From: a virus
Lineage: Duplodnaviria > Caudoviricetes
Virus record (IMG/VR): IMGVR_UViG_3300046777_001314
Coordinates: 1 to 60,654 of that record
Direction: 5' to 3' (one strand)
Length of the DNA stretch: 60,654 bases
Positions 26,382 to 37,300 of the stretch are shown here, piece after piece. Made by a program: the position numbers and the translations under genes. The notes beneath the pieces were generated by a model that ran no database searches, was not told the origin of the DNA, and saw only the letters and a list, made by a program, of their open reading frames with translations. Each line of letters starts with the position of its first letter. Position 1 is the first letter of the stretch.

Positions 26382-26702
26382 ATGGCAACAAAGGTACATG
26401 AGAGCAACAAACTTACTCTCATTGATGGGACAGAGATTGAGGTAAGACCTCTTAAGATTTCTCTTCTTCGCCCATTTATGAAGAAGTTTGAGGGCGTAGC
26501 AGCGGTGGCAGATAACAATGAAAAGTCAATGACTCTTCTGGTTGAATGCGTACAAATTGCTATGGAGCAGTATAAGCCAGAATTGGCAAAAGACTTAGAT
26601 GCATTGGAAGAACTTCTTGACCTTCCAACTGTCTATAAGATTGTTGAAGCAGCATCAGGTATTGAACTTGGGTCTGTAGCAAACGTTCTTGCATCTGAAT
26701 AA
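26382..26702 (+). CDS. Tail assembly chaperone, short (G-like) form
   Basis: 106 aa LIDGTEIEVRPLKI...LDLPTVYKI; directly before the tape measure. Confidence 0.75.
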   Translation: MATKVHESNKLTLIDGTEIEVRPLKISLLRPFMKKFEGVAAVADNNEKSMTLLVECVQIAMEQYKPELAKDLDALEELLDLPTVYKIVEAASGIELGSVANVLASE

Positions 26703-26724
26703 TAAAACTTAAAAGAGGTGATGC

Positions 26725-29700
26725 ATGGCTGATGTAAATGCTAATATTGGCGTAAATATTGATACGTCTGAAGCATTGGCCCAACTTAAGAGCCTTCAAC
26801 GTCAGATCTCGCAGTTTCACTCTTCAATCGCTAAATCTAGCGAAGCAGCAGCACTTGCACAGAGGGATCTGCAGAGAAATTTTCTCAATAGCGTAAATGC
26901 TCTTGGGGCTTTCTCTGCAGAACTCCGCACTGTAAAAACAACATCTGAATCTTTTACTACTTCTCTTGAGAAGAATAAGTTCTCAATGCGAGAATACTTC
27001 CGTTATGCGGGAGCATCTACAAAAACATTTGGTCGTTTATTTAGATCAGAGTATGACACAATTGCCAAGGTAGCAGAAGATCGTGTCAAGACACTTCAGA
27101 CTCAATACATTAAGATGGGCAGAGATGCCTCTGGAGCAATGAAGGCAATTGCTATTAGACCAGATCAACTTGATATGGGAAGTTATTCCACACAGGTTCA
27201 AATTGCTGCACAAAAACAGGCATTATTTAATCAATTAATGAAACAAGGTTCCACAAACCTTTTGAATTTTGGTAAGAATACACAATGGGCTGGCCGTCAG
27301 TTGATGGTAGGTTTTACACTTCCACTTATGGCAGTTGGTTCTGTTGCTTCAAAAACATTTATGGAAATGGAAGCACAAGCGCTTAAGTTTAAAAAGGTAT
27401 ATGGAGATTTATTTACTCCGCAAGCAGAAACAGATCAAGCATTAGCAGACATACAGGCTCTTGGAAGAGAGTTTACCAAGTATGGTATTGCTGTATCTGA
27501 AACAGTTGGATTAGCAGCAGACGCTGCTGCAGCAGGTTTTAGTGGCATAGATTTACAGCGTCAAACAACCGAAGCAACAAGACTTTCTGTACTTGGACAA
27601 ATTGATAATCAGCAGGCGCTTCAGACCACAATTTCTTTGCAGAATGCATTTGCTATTTCTAGCGATAAACTTGCAGATAGCATTAACTTCCTTAACGCAG
27701 TTGAAAACCAGACCGTAACATCTCTTGATGATATCACTGTTGCAATTCCAAAGGTTGCACCAGTTATTCAACAACTTGGTGGAGATGTTAAAGACTTAGC
27801 ATTCTTCCTTACAGCAATGAAAGAGGGCGGAGTCAATGCGTCAGAAGGCGCTAACGCACTAAAGTCTGGTCTTGCATCATTAATTAACCCAACTAACTCA
27901 GCACGTAAGATGCTTAAGGGAATGAACATTGATATTGATGCTATAGTCAATAATAATAAGGGTGATCTTAAAGCAACTGTGATTGGATTTGCTCAAGCAC
28001 TTGATACACTTGCACCTCTTGCAAGAGCAAGAGCAATTGAAACAATGTTTGGTAAGTTCCAGTTTGCTCGTCTTTCAACCTTGTTCCAAAATGTTACAAA
28101 AGATGGAACACAGGCATCCAGAGTTCTTCAGTTGGCTGGTTCTTCAGTAGAAGATCTTGCTGCTTTGTCAGAAAAAGAATTAGGAATGACTGCTGATTCA
28201 GCAATGAATAAGTTTAGAAAAGCAGTTGAAGATCTTAAATTTGCAATCATTCCAGTTGGAGAAGCATTCTTAAAAACAATAACACCAATCATTGATGCAG
28301 TAACAAACATTGCAGAAAAATTCTCTAATCTTTCTGATGGAACAAAAAAGGCAATAACAGTAATGGTTACTGTGGTTGGTGGCCTTGGACCAGTATTACT
28401 TATGACATTTGGTTTGCTTGCTAACGGCGTAGCAAATATTATTAAACTTTTTGTTACACTACGCACTGGATATCAAAAATTAACTGGGCAATCAAAAAAT
28501 CTTGGTGAACAAACTCAGTACATGACAATGGAGCAGTTGGACGCTGCAGCAGCAGCACACTCTCTTAATCAAGCACACGCAACTCTTACACAACAATTTA
28601 CTGTAGAAGCATCAGCAGTAGAGGCACTTAGAAGAGCATATGAGGGAGCAATTGCAGCAGGAGCAAGATTTGCTTCAATAAACCCTGGAATGATGATGCC
28701 TCCAAAGAAGATGGCAGATGGTGGCCTTGTTGTTGGTCCAGGGACAGGAACATCAGATTCTGTTCCTACCATGCTTTCAAACGGTGAGTCTGTAATACCA
28801 GCGGACAAAACTAAAAAATATGGTGGACTAATTCGTGGAATTATTGCTGGAAATATTCCAGGATTTGCTCGTGGAGTTGTTAACTTTGGCGGTAGAGATT
28901 TTAATATTCCAATGTCATCAAGAACAACACAAGGAGCAATTGAGGGTGTTCTTGCTAGATTTAGTAAAGACATAGAGGGTCTTTCGCTTGCACTTGATGC
29001 ACTAGAAGCAAATGCACAACAACTTGGAATGTCTTTCCAAGAAATGAAGGCAGATGACCTAAAGACATTTTTAGATGAATTTGGTGTTGCAAGAAATAGA
29101 GCAAAGGGAACCTCATCATCTGGAGGATTTGTATTTGCACATGCACAAGAACGTGGCTCAGATATAAGAGATATTCAGGAACTAGAAAGATTAGTAAGTC
29201 TAGCATCCGATACAACTAAGGGTATTGGTAAGTATCTTAAGGCATCACTAGAGGCACTAAAGGCTGGAGAAGCAGCAAAGATACAGTTAGCAGCAGCAGA
29301 AAAAGAGCAAGCATCTCTTATAGAAAGACTAAATAGTGCTAAGACTGATGCAGAAAAATCAGCAATACAGTCTCAACTTGCAGCGATAGAAGAAACTAAG
29401 TCTTTGGCTCTAGGAATTATAAAAGCAGCAGATGCTGCAAAGGTTTATACTCTTAGTAACTTTGGATTTGTTCTTCCAGAAGAAGCAAATAAAGGCAAGA
29501 TGGCTCCAAAAAATGTTGCAGAACAATTTACTGGAGACAACGTATCAAGAACAATGGCTCCTATTTATGCAGAATATGCAAGAAAGTTAGGAATGTCTCT
29601 TGACCAGGCACTAGCAGATCCTTCTATTGCTGCACAAATGCATGCTGATATGGCGCAATTTGGTCAATTAATTTCTAATGAAATTGGAACCGTCACAACA

Positions 29701-32700
29701 GAGTTTTTATCTGATCCAGATTTTTATGCTGCTGTTGAAAGAGCAAGGCAGGGATTGGCTGGAGTAGTTTCTGATGTATTAATTGATGCTGTTAATGATC
29801 TCAAGAGAACCTCAACTGTAGTAACTCAAGGTGGTGCAGTTAATAGAGGAGCAGAAGGACAAAGAATTGGTGTTGCTCAAAAAGAAACAGCCCTGCGTGA
29901 TTATTTGGGTGTTGCCCAAGGTGGTAGTTCTTATAGAGATATTGGAACTGCTGGATATGTCGCAATAGGAGAAACAATTGGATCTACAACAGTAGCAGGG
30001 GTTGCAAGAGGTGCAGGAACAGCGTCTCCATCAAAGAAAACAATTCCAGTTGGAGAAGATATTGTTCGTGGTGTTGAGGTTGGAATGGGCCAGGAAGCAC
30101 CAATGGCTGTAAAGGTTGCAGAACAAGTAGCAAACGATATTGTTGCTGGAGCACAACGTGGAGCAAGAACAACTGGAAACATAACACCAGGAGCACCAAC
30201 AACAATTGAAAAAACTAAAGATGGAAAAACTATCTCTGTAATTCAAAAAAATGTTGCAGAGCAAAGAATTGCAGGTAGGGCAGTAGAAGCATCAGAAAAA
30301 CTTGCTAAGATGAATAGTGCAGTGATGGGGGCATCATTTGCTCTTACTGGCGTTGCGGGCGTTGCTCAAATGTTTGGCGGTACTATTGGAAAACTTTCAA
30401 ATATAGTATTCAGCCTATCTGGAGTGTTATTTGCATTAATGTCAGTAACACAAGCATTGACTCAAACACAAGCACTAAAACTAGCCGTAGATAGAGCATC
30501 CCTTATTGCTGGAAGAATGCAAGGTTTAGGAAAAACTGCAGAAGGAGCACAGATAGGCGGAAAGATTTCATCCCTATTTACAAAGGGTGGAGGCTTCGTT
30601 GGTTTCATGAAAAATATTGTTACCGCTGGAAAGTTTGCATTAAGGTTTGCTGGCGGAATAGGCTTGGCAATTACCGTAATATCCTCAGCAATTGCAGCAT
30701 TCCAATTTTGGAAGAAAAAGAATGAAGAAGCAAGGGTTGCTATTGAAGGACTTGGTGACGCAGCACTTCTTTCTACAGAAAAAGTTAAAACACTTGGTGA
30801 TTTTTTTGGAGTTAAGACACAAACAACAAGACTTGAAAGAACAGGTGCACAACTTGTACTTGACCAGCAAACAAGATCTAAGGTTGATGAATTAAGAGGT
30901 TCAGAAGGTTTTAAGAAGAATTTTAAAAATGATATTAATGCATTAAAAGGTGCAACTGATGGCCAGGCAGAACTTATATTTAAATCTTTAGCAATTCAGT
31001 TAAAGGGTAAAGGTTTTGCAAAAGAAAACATTGATACCATAATAAAAGCATTACAAGAAGAATCTGGAAAAGCAAATGTTAAGATTGATTTTGACAAAAT
31101 AGATTTATCAACTAAAGAAGGACAAAAAGATCTTCAAAAAACTGCATTAAAACTTGGCAATTCATTTGGAAAACAATTTGGTGTTGGATATTCAGAACAA
31201 ACAAAAACTGCAATAAATGCCTCAACTGGACAAGTTGTTACATGGACAGAACAAAAACTAACAAAAGGATTACAAAAAAATCTATCGTTAGTATCAAAAT
31301 CATTTGCTGGAATGATTAATGGACTTTCTGGACAACTTGAAAATGGAAGTATTACTGCACAAAAATTTAATCAATCTTTTGATACTATATCAACAACTAT
31401 AGAAAAAATGCCAAAGCCACAGGCTTTGCTTTTAATGGATAATATTATTAAAAGTATGCCTGGACCACTTGCTAAGTCAGCACTTGGAATTAAAAATGTG
31501 GCAGATCAAATGCTTATTGCTAAGGCTGCTGCTCTTGGAATTGCTACAATTACTCCAGCAATGATTAAGGCACTTCAAACTGCTGCAACAAGCACAGATG
31601 CTCGTGCTGGATTGGCTGCTTCAAGAGTTAGAGCAAAAATTAAAGAAGATATGAAGGCAATACAAGAAGTTATGGCTCTTGTATCAGGAAACAATAAGCC
31701 TGAAGGAACAAACGAAGGCACTGGAGAAAAAAGCAAACTCCAACTTGCTATTGAGCAATTACAAAAACAAAGATCAGAACTTCAAAATACAGCAAAAGCA
31801 TATTCTTTATTAACAAAGGCTGGATTAGATGCTGCTGTTGCAATGGAGTATGCAAAAGATCCTGTAATTGCACTAGGACTTGCAACTAAAGGTCTTAGCA
31901 TTGATCAGGTTAAAAAATTAGCGGAAATAATGAAGGATATTGAAAAATCTGCATCAAGTCAAGCAATCAAAGAATTTTTCCTTAATGTTAATAAAGAAAA
32001 CAAAATTAAGGAAAGTCTTTCTGGTGTTGCCTCTACAATTTCACAAATGGGTGGAAGCCTAGAAGACATTAATAATATTTTGGGTAACCCTGAACTTGCA
32101 TCTTATTTATTAGACCCACTGCTTACATCAGAACAAAGTGCAGAAAGAATTAAGAGATATCTTGACGGAATTAAAACTGGAAAAGAACTTGACCTAAAGA
32201 TTAAACTTTCTACCCCAGAAGGAGTTGCAGAGGCATTTTCTGATTTGTCTTCAAAAGCATCAGGTTATTTTGATATTCTTGAAAGAAGCATCCAGGATAG
32301 ATTTGCTGATCCAATTAAGGCTGCAGAAGTTGCAGCAGAAAAAGCAGCAGACGCAGTAAAGGCTATTCAGTTAGAAATTGACGGATTAACTAATCAATCT
32401 TCAATAATCCAAAGACAGATGGATATAACAATTAATAGACCGCTTGATCTTTTGCAACAAAGAAATGCAGTTCTCTCTGAAAATATGGCTCTTATTGATA
32501 ATGCTGCAGAAAAGGTTAATGCAAAATATGATGAACAAGCAAACGCTTTAGCAAAGATATCAGAAATTAATCAAGAAATTGCAAATCAACAAAAACAACA
32601 GATTGATCTTGCAAGCGCTATAACTTCTGGAGATATTGCAGCAGCAGCAAGAGCAGAACAAGAAATGAGAGCACAGGCTGCAGCAGCAGCAAGTGGTCGT

Positions 32701-33735
32701 GCTGGCGGAGTGCTTGATGTTGCAAGACAAAGAGAATTGGCTGGACTTACTGCAAATGGAATGACTGCAGAACAAATTAAGGCTGAACAGTATCAAATTG
32801 AAAGAAAAACATTTGCTCTTGAACAACAAAGACTTCCTTTGACACAAGCAATTCAGGCAATAGAAGATAAAATTTATTCAATTCAAAATGGTAAATTAGC
32901 AACAGCACAAAAAACTCAAGAAGAAGCAGACGCAGCACTCATCGCAAAGAAAAATGAATTGCAAGCAGAACTTAATGCAATTGATGTACAACGTACAAGA
33001 TGGAATCAAGCACAACTTGCTATTGATAATGCAAAGATTGCTGCAGGAGAGTTTGATGATGTTATCAATGCAACAAACGATAAAGTTGCAAAACTTGCTG
33101 ATATGTGGAAGAGTCTTAGCACATCTAAAAATATCAATATTGGCGGTAGTGCAGTAAATGATATGGTTAAGGCAGTTGTAGAGGAAACCAGTAAAACTGC
33201 AACAACCGCAGCAACAGATACTGCAAAAACAGCAGCAGAGGTTGTAAAGGGATTTGTACCAACTTTAGTTGGGCCAACAGCAAATCCAGGGGCAAAGGGC
33301 TTTATTGGTCCTGTTGCACCCAAAGCCACAACCTCAGCACCTTCCTCAAACTTTACCCCTACAGGACTTTCCAATAAACTAAGGGCCATGGGCGTTAGTC
33401 TCTTGTCTGGCGGTGGAATGGTTCCAAAGTATTTTGCTACTGGAGGTTATTCAATGGGAACAGATACTGTTCCAGCAATGCTTACCCCAGGAGAATTTGT
33501 TGTTAAAAGATTTGCAGTGGATAAGTTTGGTGTAAATAATCTCAAGGCAATTAATGATGGAACATTTACTCCAAAATCAACAGTTGCATCAGTAAACAAC
33601 AATTCCAATTCAGTGTATAATTATGGTATAAGTGTTAATGTTTCTAACTCTAATGCAAGTACTGATGATATTGCAAGAGCGGTAATAACACAAATTAGAA
33701 ATATTGATAATCAAAGAATTCGGGGACAAAGGTAA
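26725..33735 (+). CDS. Tape measure protein (TP901-like core)
   Basis: 2336 aa, Ala-rich helical, hydrophobic segments, coiled coils, two D(S/T)VPxML.GE motifs. Confidence 0.92.
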   Translation: MADVNANIGVNIDTSEALAQLKSLQRQISQFHSSIAKSSEAAALAQRDLQRNFLNSVNALGAFSAELRTVKTTSESFTTSLEKNKFSMREYFRYAGASTKTFGRLFRSEYDTIAKVAEDRVKTLQTQYIKMGRDASGAMKAIAIRPDQLDMGSYSTQVQIAAQKQALFNQLMKQGSTNLLNFGKNTQWAGRQLMVGFTLPLMAVGSVASKTFMEMEAQALKFKKVYGDLFTPQAETDQALADIQALGREFTKYGIAVSETVGLAADAAAAGFSGIDLQRQTTEATRLSVLGQIDNQQALQTTISLQNAFAISSDKLADSINFLNAVENQTVTSLDDITVAIPKVAPVIQQLGGDVKDLAFFLTAMKEGGVNASEGANALKSGLASLINPTNSARKMLKGMNIDIDAIVNNNKGDLKATVIGFAQALDTLAPLARARAIETMFGKFQFARLSTLFQNVTKDGTQASRVLQLAGSSVEDLAALSEKELGMTADSAMNKFRKAVEDLKFAIIPVGEAFLKTITPIIDAVTNIAEKFSNLSDGTKKAITVMVTVVGGLGPVLLMTFGLLANGVANIIKLFVTLRTGYQKLTGQSKNLGEQTQYMTMEQLDAAAAAHSLNQAHATLTQQFTVEASAVEALRRAYEGAIAAGARFASINPGMMMPPKKMADGGLVVGPGTGTSDSVPTMLSNGESVIPADKTKKYGGLIRGIIAGNIPGFARGVVNFGGRDFNIPMSSRTTQGAIEGVLARFSKDIEGLSLALDALEANAQQLGMSFQEMKADDLKTFLDEFGVARNRAKGTSSSGGFVFAHAQERGSDIRDIQELERLVSLASDTTKGIGKYLKASLEALKAGEAAKIQLAAAEKEQASLIERLNSAKTDAEKSAIQSQLAAIEETKSLALGIIKAADAAKVYTLSNFGFVLPEEANKGKMAPKNVAEQFTGDNVSRTMAPIYAEYARKLGMSLDQALADPSIAAQMHADMAQFGQLISNEIGTVTTEFLSDPDFYAAVERARQGLAGVVSDVLIDAVNDLKRTSTVVTQGGAVNRGAEGQRIGVAQKETALRDYLGVAQGGSSYRDIGTAGYVAIGETIGSTTVAGVARGAGTASPSKKTIPVGEDIVRGVEVGMGQEAPMAVKVAEQVANDIVAGAQRGARTTGNITPGAPTTIEKTKDGKTISVIQKNVAEQRIAGRAVEASEKLAKMNSAVMGASFALTGVAGVAQMFGGTIGKLSNIVFSLSGVLFALMSVTQALTQTQALKLAVDRASLIAGRMQGLGKTAEGAQIGGKISSLFTKGGGFVGFMKNIVTAGKFALRFAGGIGLAITVISSAIAAFQFWKKKNEEARVAIEGLGDAALLSTEKVKTLGDFFGVKTQTTRLERTGAQLVLDQQTRSKVDELRGSEGFKKNFKNDINALKGATDGQAELIFKSLAIQLKGKGFAKENIDTIIKALQEESGKANVKIDFDKIDLSTKEGQKDLQKTALKLGNSFGKQFGVGYSEQTKTAINASTGQVVTWTEQKLTKGLQKNLSLVSKSFAGMINGLSGQLENGSITAQKFNQSFDTISTTIEKMPKPQALLLMDNIIKSMPGPLAKSALGIKNVADQMLIAKAAALGIATITPAMIKALQTAATSTDARAGLAASRVRAKIKEDMKAIQEVMALVSGNNKPEGTNEGTGEKSKLQLAIEQLQKQRSELQNTAKAYSLLTKAGLDAAVAMEYAKDPVIALGLATKGLSIDQVKKLAEIMKDIEKSASSQAIKEFFLNVNKENKIKESLSGVASTISQMGGSLEDINNILGNPELASYLLDPLLTSEQSAERIKRYLDGIKTGKELDLKIKLSTPEGVAEAFSDLSSKASGYFDILERSIQDRFADPIKAAEVAAEKAADAVKAIQLEIDGLTNQSSIIQRQMDITINRPLDLLQQRNAVLSENMALIDNAAEKVNAKYDEQANALAKISEINQEIANQQKQQIDLASAITSGDIAAAARAEQEMRAQAAAAASGRAGGVLDVARQRELAGLTANGMTAEQIKAEQYQIERKTFALEQQRLPLTQAIQAIEDKIYSIQNGKLATAQKTQEEADAALIAKKNELQAELNAIDVQRTRWNQAQLAIDNAKIAAGEFDDVINATNDKVAKLADMWKSLSTSKNINIGGSAVNDMVKAVVEETSKTATTAATDTAKTAAEVVKGFVPTLVGPTANPGAKGFIGPVAPKATTSAPSSNFTPTGLSNKLRAMGVSLLSGGGMVPKYFATGGYSMGTDTVPAMLTPGEFVVKRFAVDKFGVNNLKAINDGTFTPKSTVASVNNNSNSVYNYGISVNVSNSNASTDDIARAVITQIRNIDNQRIRGQR

Positions 33736-34361
33736 TGGCAACTCCTACTTATATGAATAGTAGAAAACAGTACGGAAGACCTCAAGCCATATTATGGTCG
33801 GAAAATGCTGGAACGCTTTCAAATGGACTGTATGTTCCAAATGGATATGAGATTGGATCAACATATCCAGAAAATACTAGTCCTGATTTAATTGATCAAT
33901 TTTTAATATTATCAGATCATAATCGTGGAGATCTATCATTTTCTAATCAAAGAATTGAACAAAGACAACGAACAATAAATGGTCGTATGAGGTCTTATCA
34001 TATTGCAGATAAACTACAAATGTCAGTATCTTGGAATAATTTGCCATCAAGATCTCATAATGCAAATCCACAAATTGATTACTCAACGGCAGTTCCTGCA
34101 GCAACCGAATATACTGCAGACGGTGGTGCAGGCGGAGCAGAACTACTTGATTGGTACGAAAATCATCAAGGACCATTTTGGATGTTTTTGTCTTATGATA
34201 AATATACTAACTTTGGAAAAGATGATGCAGCATATAACCATTTAAACCAATATAGTCAGGTAATACAGGTTTATTTTGCCGATTTTAATTATTCTGTTGT
34301 AAAGCGTGGGTCAACCAATCATGATCTATGGAATATATCCGTAAGTTTAGAAGAGGTATAA
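33735..34361 (+). CDS. Distal tail (Dit-like) protein, putative
   Basis: Directly after the tape measure; RTINGRMRSY, WNISVSLEEV. Confidence 0.55.
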   Translation: MATPTYMNSRKQYGRPQAILWSENAGTLSNGLYVPNGYEIGSTYPENTSPDLIDQFLILSDHNRGDLSFSNQRIEQRQRTINGRMRSYHIADKLQMSVSWNNLPSRSHNANPQIDYSTAVPAATEYTADGGAGGAELLDWYENHQGPFWMFLSYDKYTNFGKDDAAYNHLNQYSQVIQVYFADFNYSVVKRGSTNHDLWNISVSLEEV

Positions 34362-34362
34362 A

Positions 34363-37300
34363 GTGTTTGTTAATGAAACATTAAAAACACACTTTGAAAC
34401 ATCATCAACAGTAAGACTTGAGTCACTAGTCATTGCTGAGTGGAACATGAATATGCCAGATAATATTTTTAAGGTTGGAAACTATAGATATAGACCAACA
34501 GAACTGGGAAGTCCATATTCTGTTTTGGTTGAAAGTTTTGATAATAATGATTTTGGAAACTATTATACCAATGCATTGGAGTCAGATATAATTGTTTCAA
34601 ATGGTTACACTAATAATGATGTTCCTCAATTATTTCTTTCAAATAAAGAAAAAAATAAATTATTTTACTCTTTACAAGACTGCTTAAAACCATTTAGACC
34701 AAGATCAGGAATTAATAAACCACTATATTTTGCAGGTAAATATTTAGCAAACTCTGGTAAAAATATTGCAGAACGTCCAAGATATTACATGCCATCAAGA
34801 TATGACCAGTTTAAGTATTGGAGTTCTTATAGAACTGAGTCAAATAAAGAATATGGAATATCAAACAATAAAGTAGAAAATGAGTTTTATATTCATGACG
34901 CAGCACCATTTGTTGTATACAAAAATGCTGTTCCAACAAATAGAATTGTAGTAAAGATGCAAACAAATGTTGGAACTGTTGACCTTGGGCCGTTTCAAAC
35001 TTCAACAGTGTCACTGCCAGATCCATTGTATGGTGATGTAAATAAAACAACTCCTAAAAAGTGGAAAATCCAATATTTAAATAATAATAATTGGGTTAAT
35101 GCATATAGTTTTGACGAGAACACACTAAGGGATAATGGATCTTCAGCAATAAGTTCTGATGGATATGTAGAGTTGGAATATGGAGCAATAATTCCAGAAC
35201 AATATAGAAATATATTTTTTCATGCTCAGATTATTTCTGATACCTCATTGCTTCCATCTCAGTCTATTGTTGGATATACATATCAAGTAATTGAAAACGA
35301 AGGCGATGCTGGGACATTTTATATTTGGACTGGAGAAAACTATGAATCTTTTCCAGTTGTTTATGGTTGGAGGCTTGGCTCAGAATCAATAAATAATAAT
35401 ACAGATTTTGTAACAGATTTTACTTCACCATCTACATATGTTAATTATGAAAATAACTCAACACTATACAGAGAGTTTGTTTATATAGAGGGATTAAGAA
35501 TTGTTATTGATACAATGAATAAGTTTGATTGCACGTTTGATCTTATTGAAATGTCCCCAAGATTAGTTGCCAATATATCTGATAAGGTTGTTGATTATAG
35601 AGTTACAAAAGTTTTATCTGATATTGGATCAACATCGTTGCCAGTTGGTCAACTTCTTGCTTCCACTGGAGAAATTAATATATTTGATGAAGATCAGGCA
35701 TTTAATTATGAGAATAGAAATAGCATAATATCTGAATATGTAAAAAAGAATATTAAGTTTAATTTTTATGAGAATATACTAGATGTAGATAACGCAAATT
35801 ATTATGTACCAATTAAAACACTATACTCTGACGGAATTCCACAAGCAAATAATACTGGTGCGTCTGTTTCTATACAGTTGCGTGATTTTTATTTTTATTT
35901 TGAATCAATAACCGCTCCAAGACTTTTACTTACAAATGTATCGTTAAGTTATGCAATTTCTTTATTGCTTGATTATGTTGGATTTACAAATTATTCTTTT
36001 AAAAGATTAGACACAGAAAACGATCCAATAATTCCATACTTTTTTGTTGCTCCAGACCAAAATCTGGCAGAAGTTTTAAATCAACTTGCAGTTTCAACAC
36101 AAAGTGCAATGTTTTTTGATGAATATAATAATTTTATTGTAATGAGTAAAAATTATTTAATGCCTTCATTAGATGAAAGATTAACAGATTTTACTTTAGG
36201 TGGAACAAATAATCAGGTTGATTCTGGAATTGTTGAAAATCAAACATCTGGCAAACTACCAAATATATTGCAAATTTCTTCAAAAGATAAAAAGATATAT
36301 AATGATGGAAAAATTAACTATACGACTAGATACATTCAAAGATCATATGGTTCTATTCGTCAATCATCATTAATTGATCAAGAAAAAACTTGGATATATA
36401 AACCAGTATTGTTGTGGGAAGTTGCAGGAACAGAAAATACAAAAACAGTTAATGAACTTGCAGCAAAGCAAGGCAATTATGTTTTGGGTGCAATACCAAT
36501 CAATTCTGAACTATCAGATCAATTACCAACTGTGGTTAAAAATGAATTAACAAATAATATACTTGATCTTGGAGAAAACGTTTATTGGCTTACAAGATAT
36601 CAGGGATACTTTTATTCTAACGGAGAGATAATTAGATACGATGCAGCACAATTTAACATAACTGGTGTTGGCAATGTTTGGATTTCAGATAACCAAGAAT
36701 ATCAAAGTTATTTCTCTTCTTTACCATTTAATGGAAAAATTTATCCAACTGGATTGGTAAGAATTTATGCAACACCATACTATGAAACAGTTGGTGGTAT
36801 AACAAGACTAAAAAATGGAGAAGTTGAATCACACGGAAGAGGTCAGTTTGGGACAAATGTAACAACCCATAGTTCTGGACTTTCTTCTTATTGGTCAGAT
36901 AATGCTAATGTTCGTGGTTGTGATATGAAAGCACAATATTTGTTTACAACTGAATTAGACCCGACAATTCCTGCAACAGAAATTGGCCAAGCAGGTATAA
37001 ATAATACAACATCTAGATTAACATCAAGAAATGGTGTTATTAAAAACTTTATGGCCGTTTCTAATAAAACTGAAACAGACATTAATTCATTTAAATCAAC
37101 ACAGACAGGAACAATTCAGTCTTCTGCTCTTGTAATTAATGGACCATCTTTTAAAACCAATGAAGTTCCACTAAACTTTGTTTCATATGTGTATAAAGAT
37201 CTTGATAATGCATATAAGCATTTTGGAACAAGAATGCGTATAGTTGGAAAAGTTGAAAACAATACAGATCGTTTTCAAACACCAACAGGAAGTACATCTT

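Noticed and set aside
25643-26702. Programmed frameshift in the tail chaperones
   Set aside because: The long form is already one open frame and the short form is followed directly by the tape measure gene, so there is no overlapping T frame
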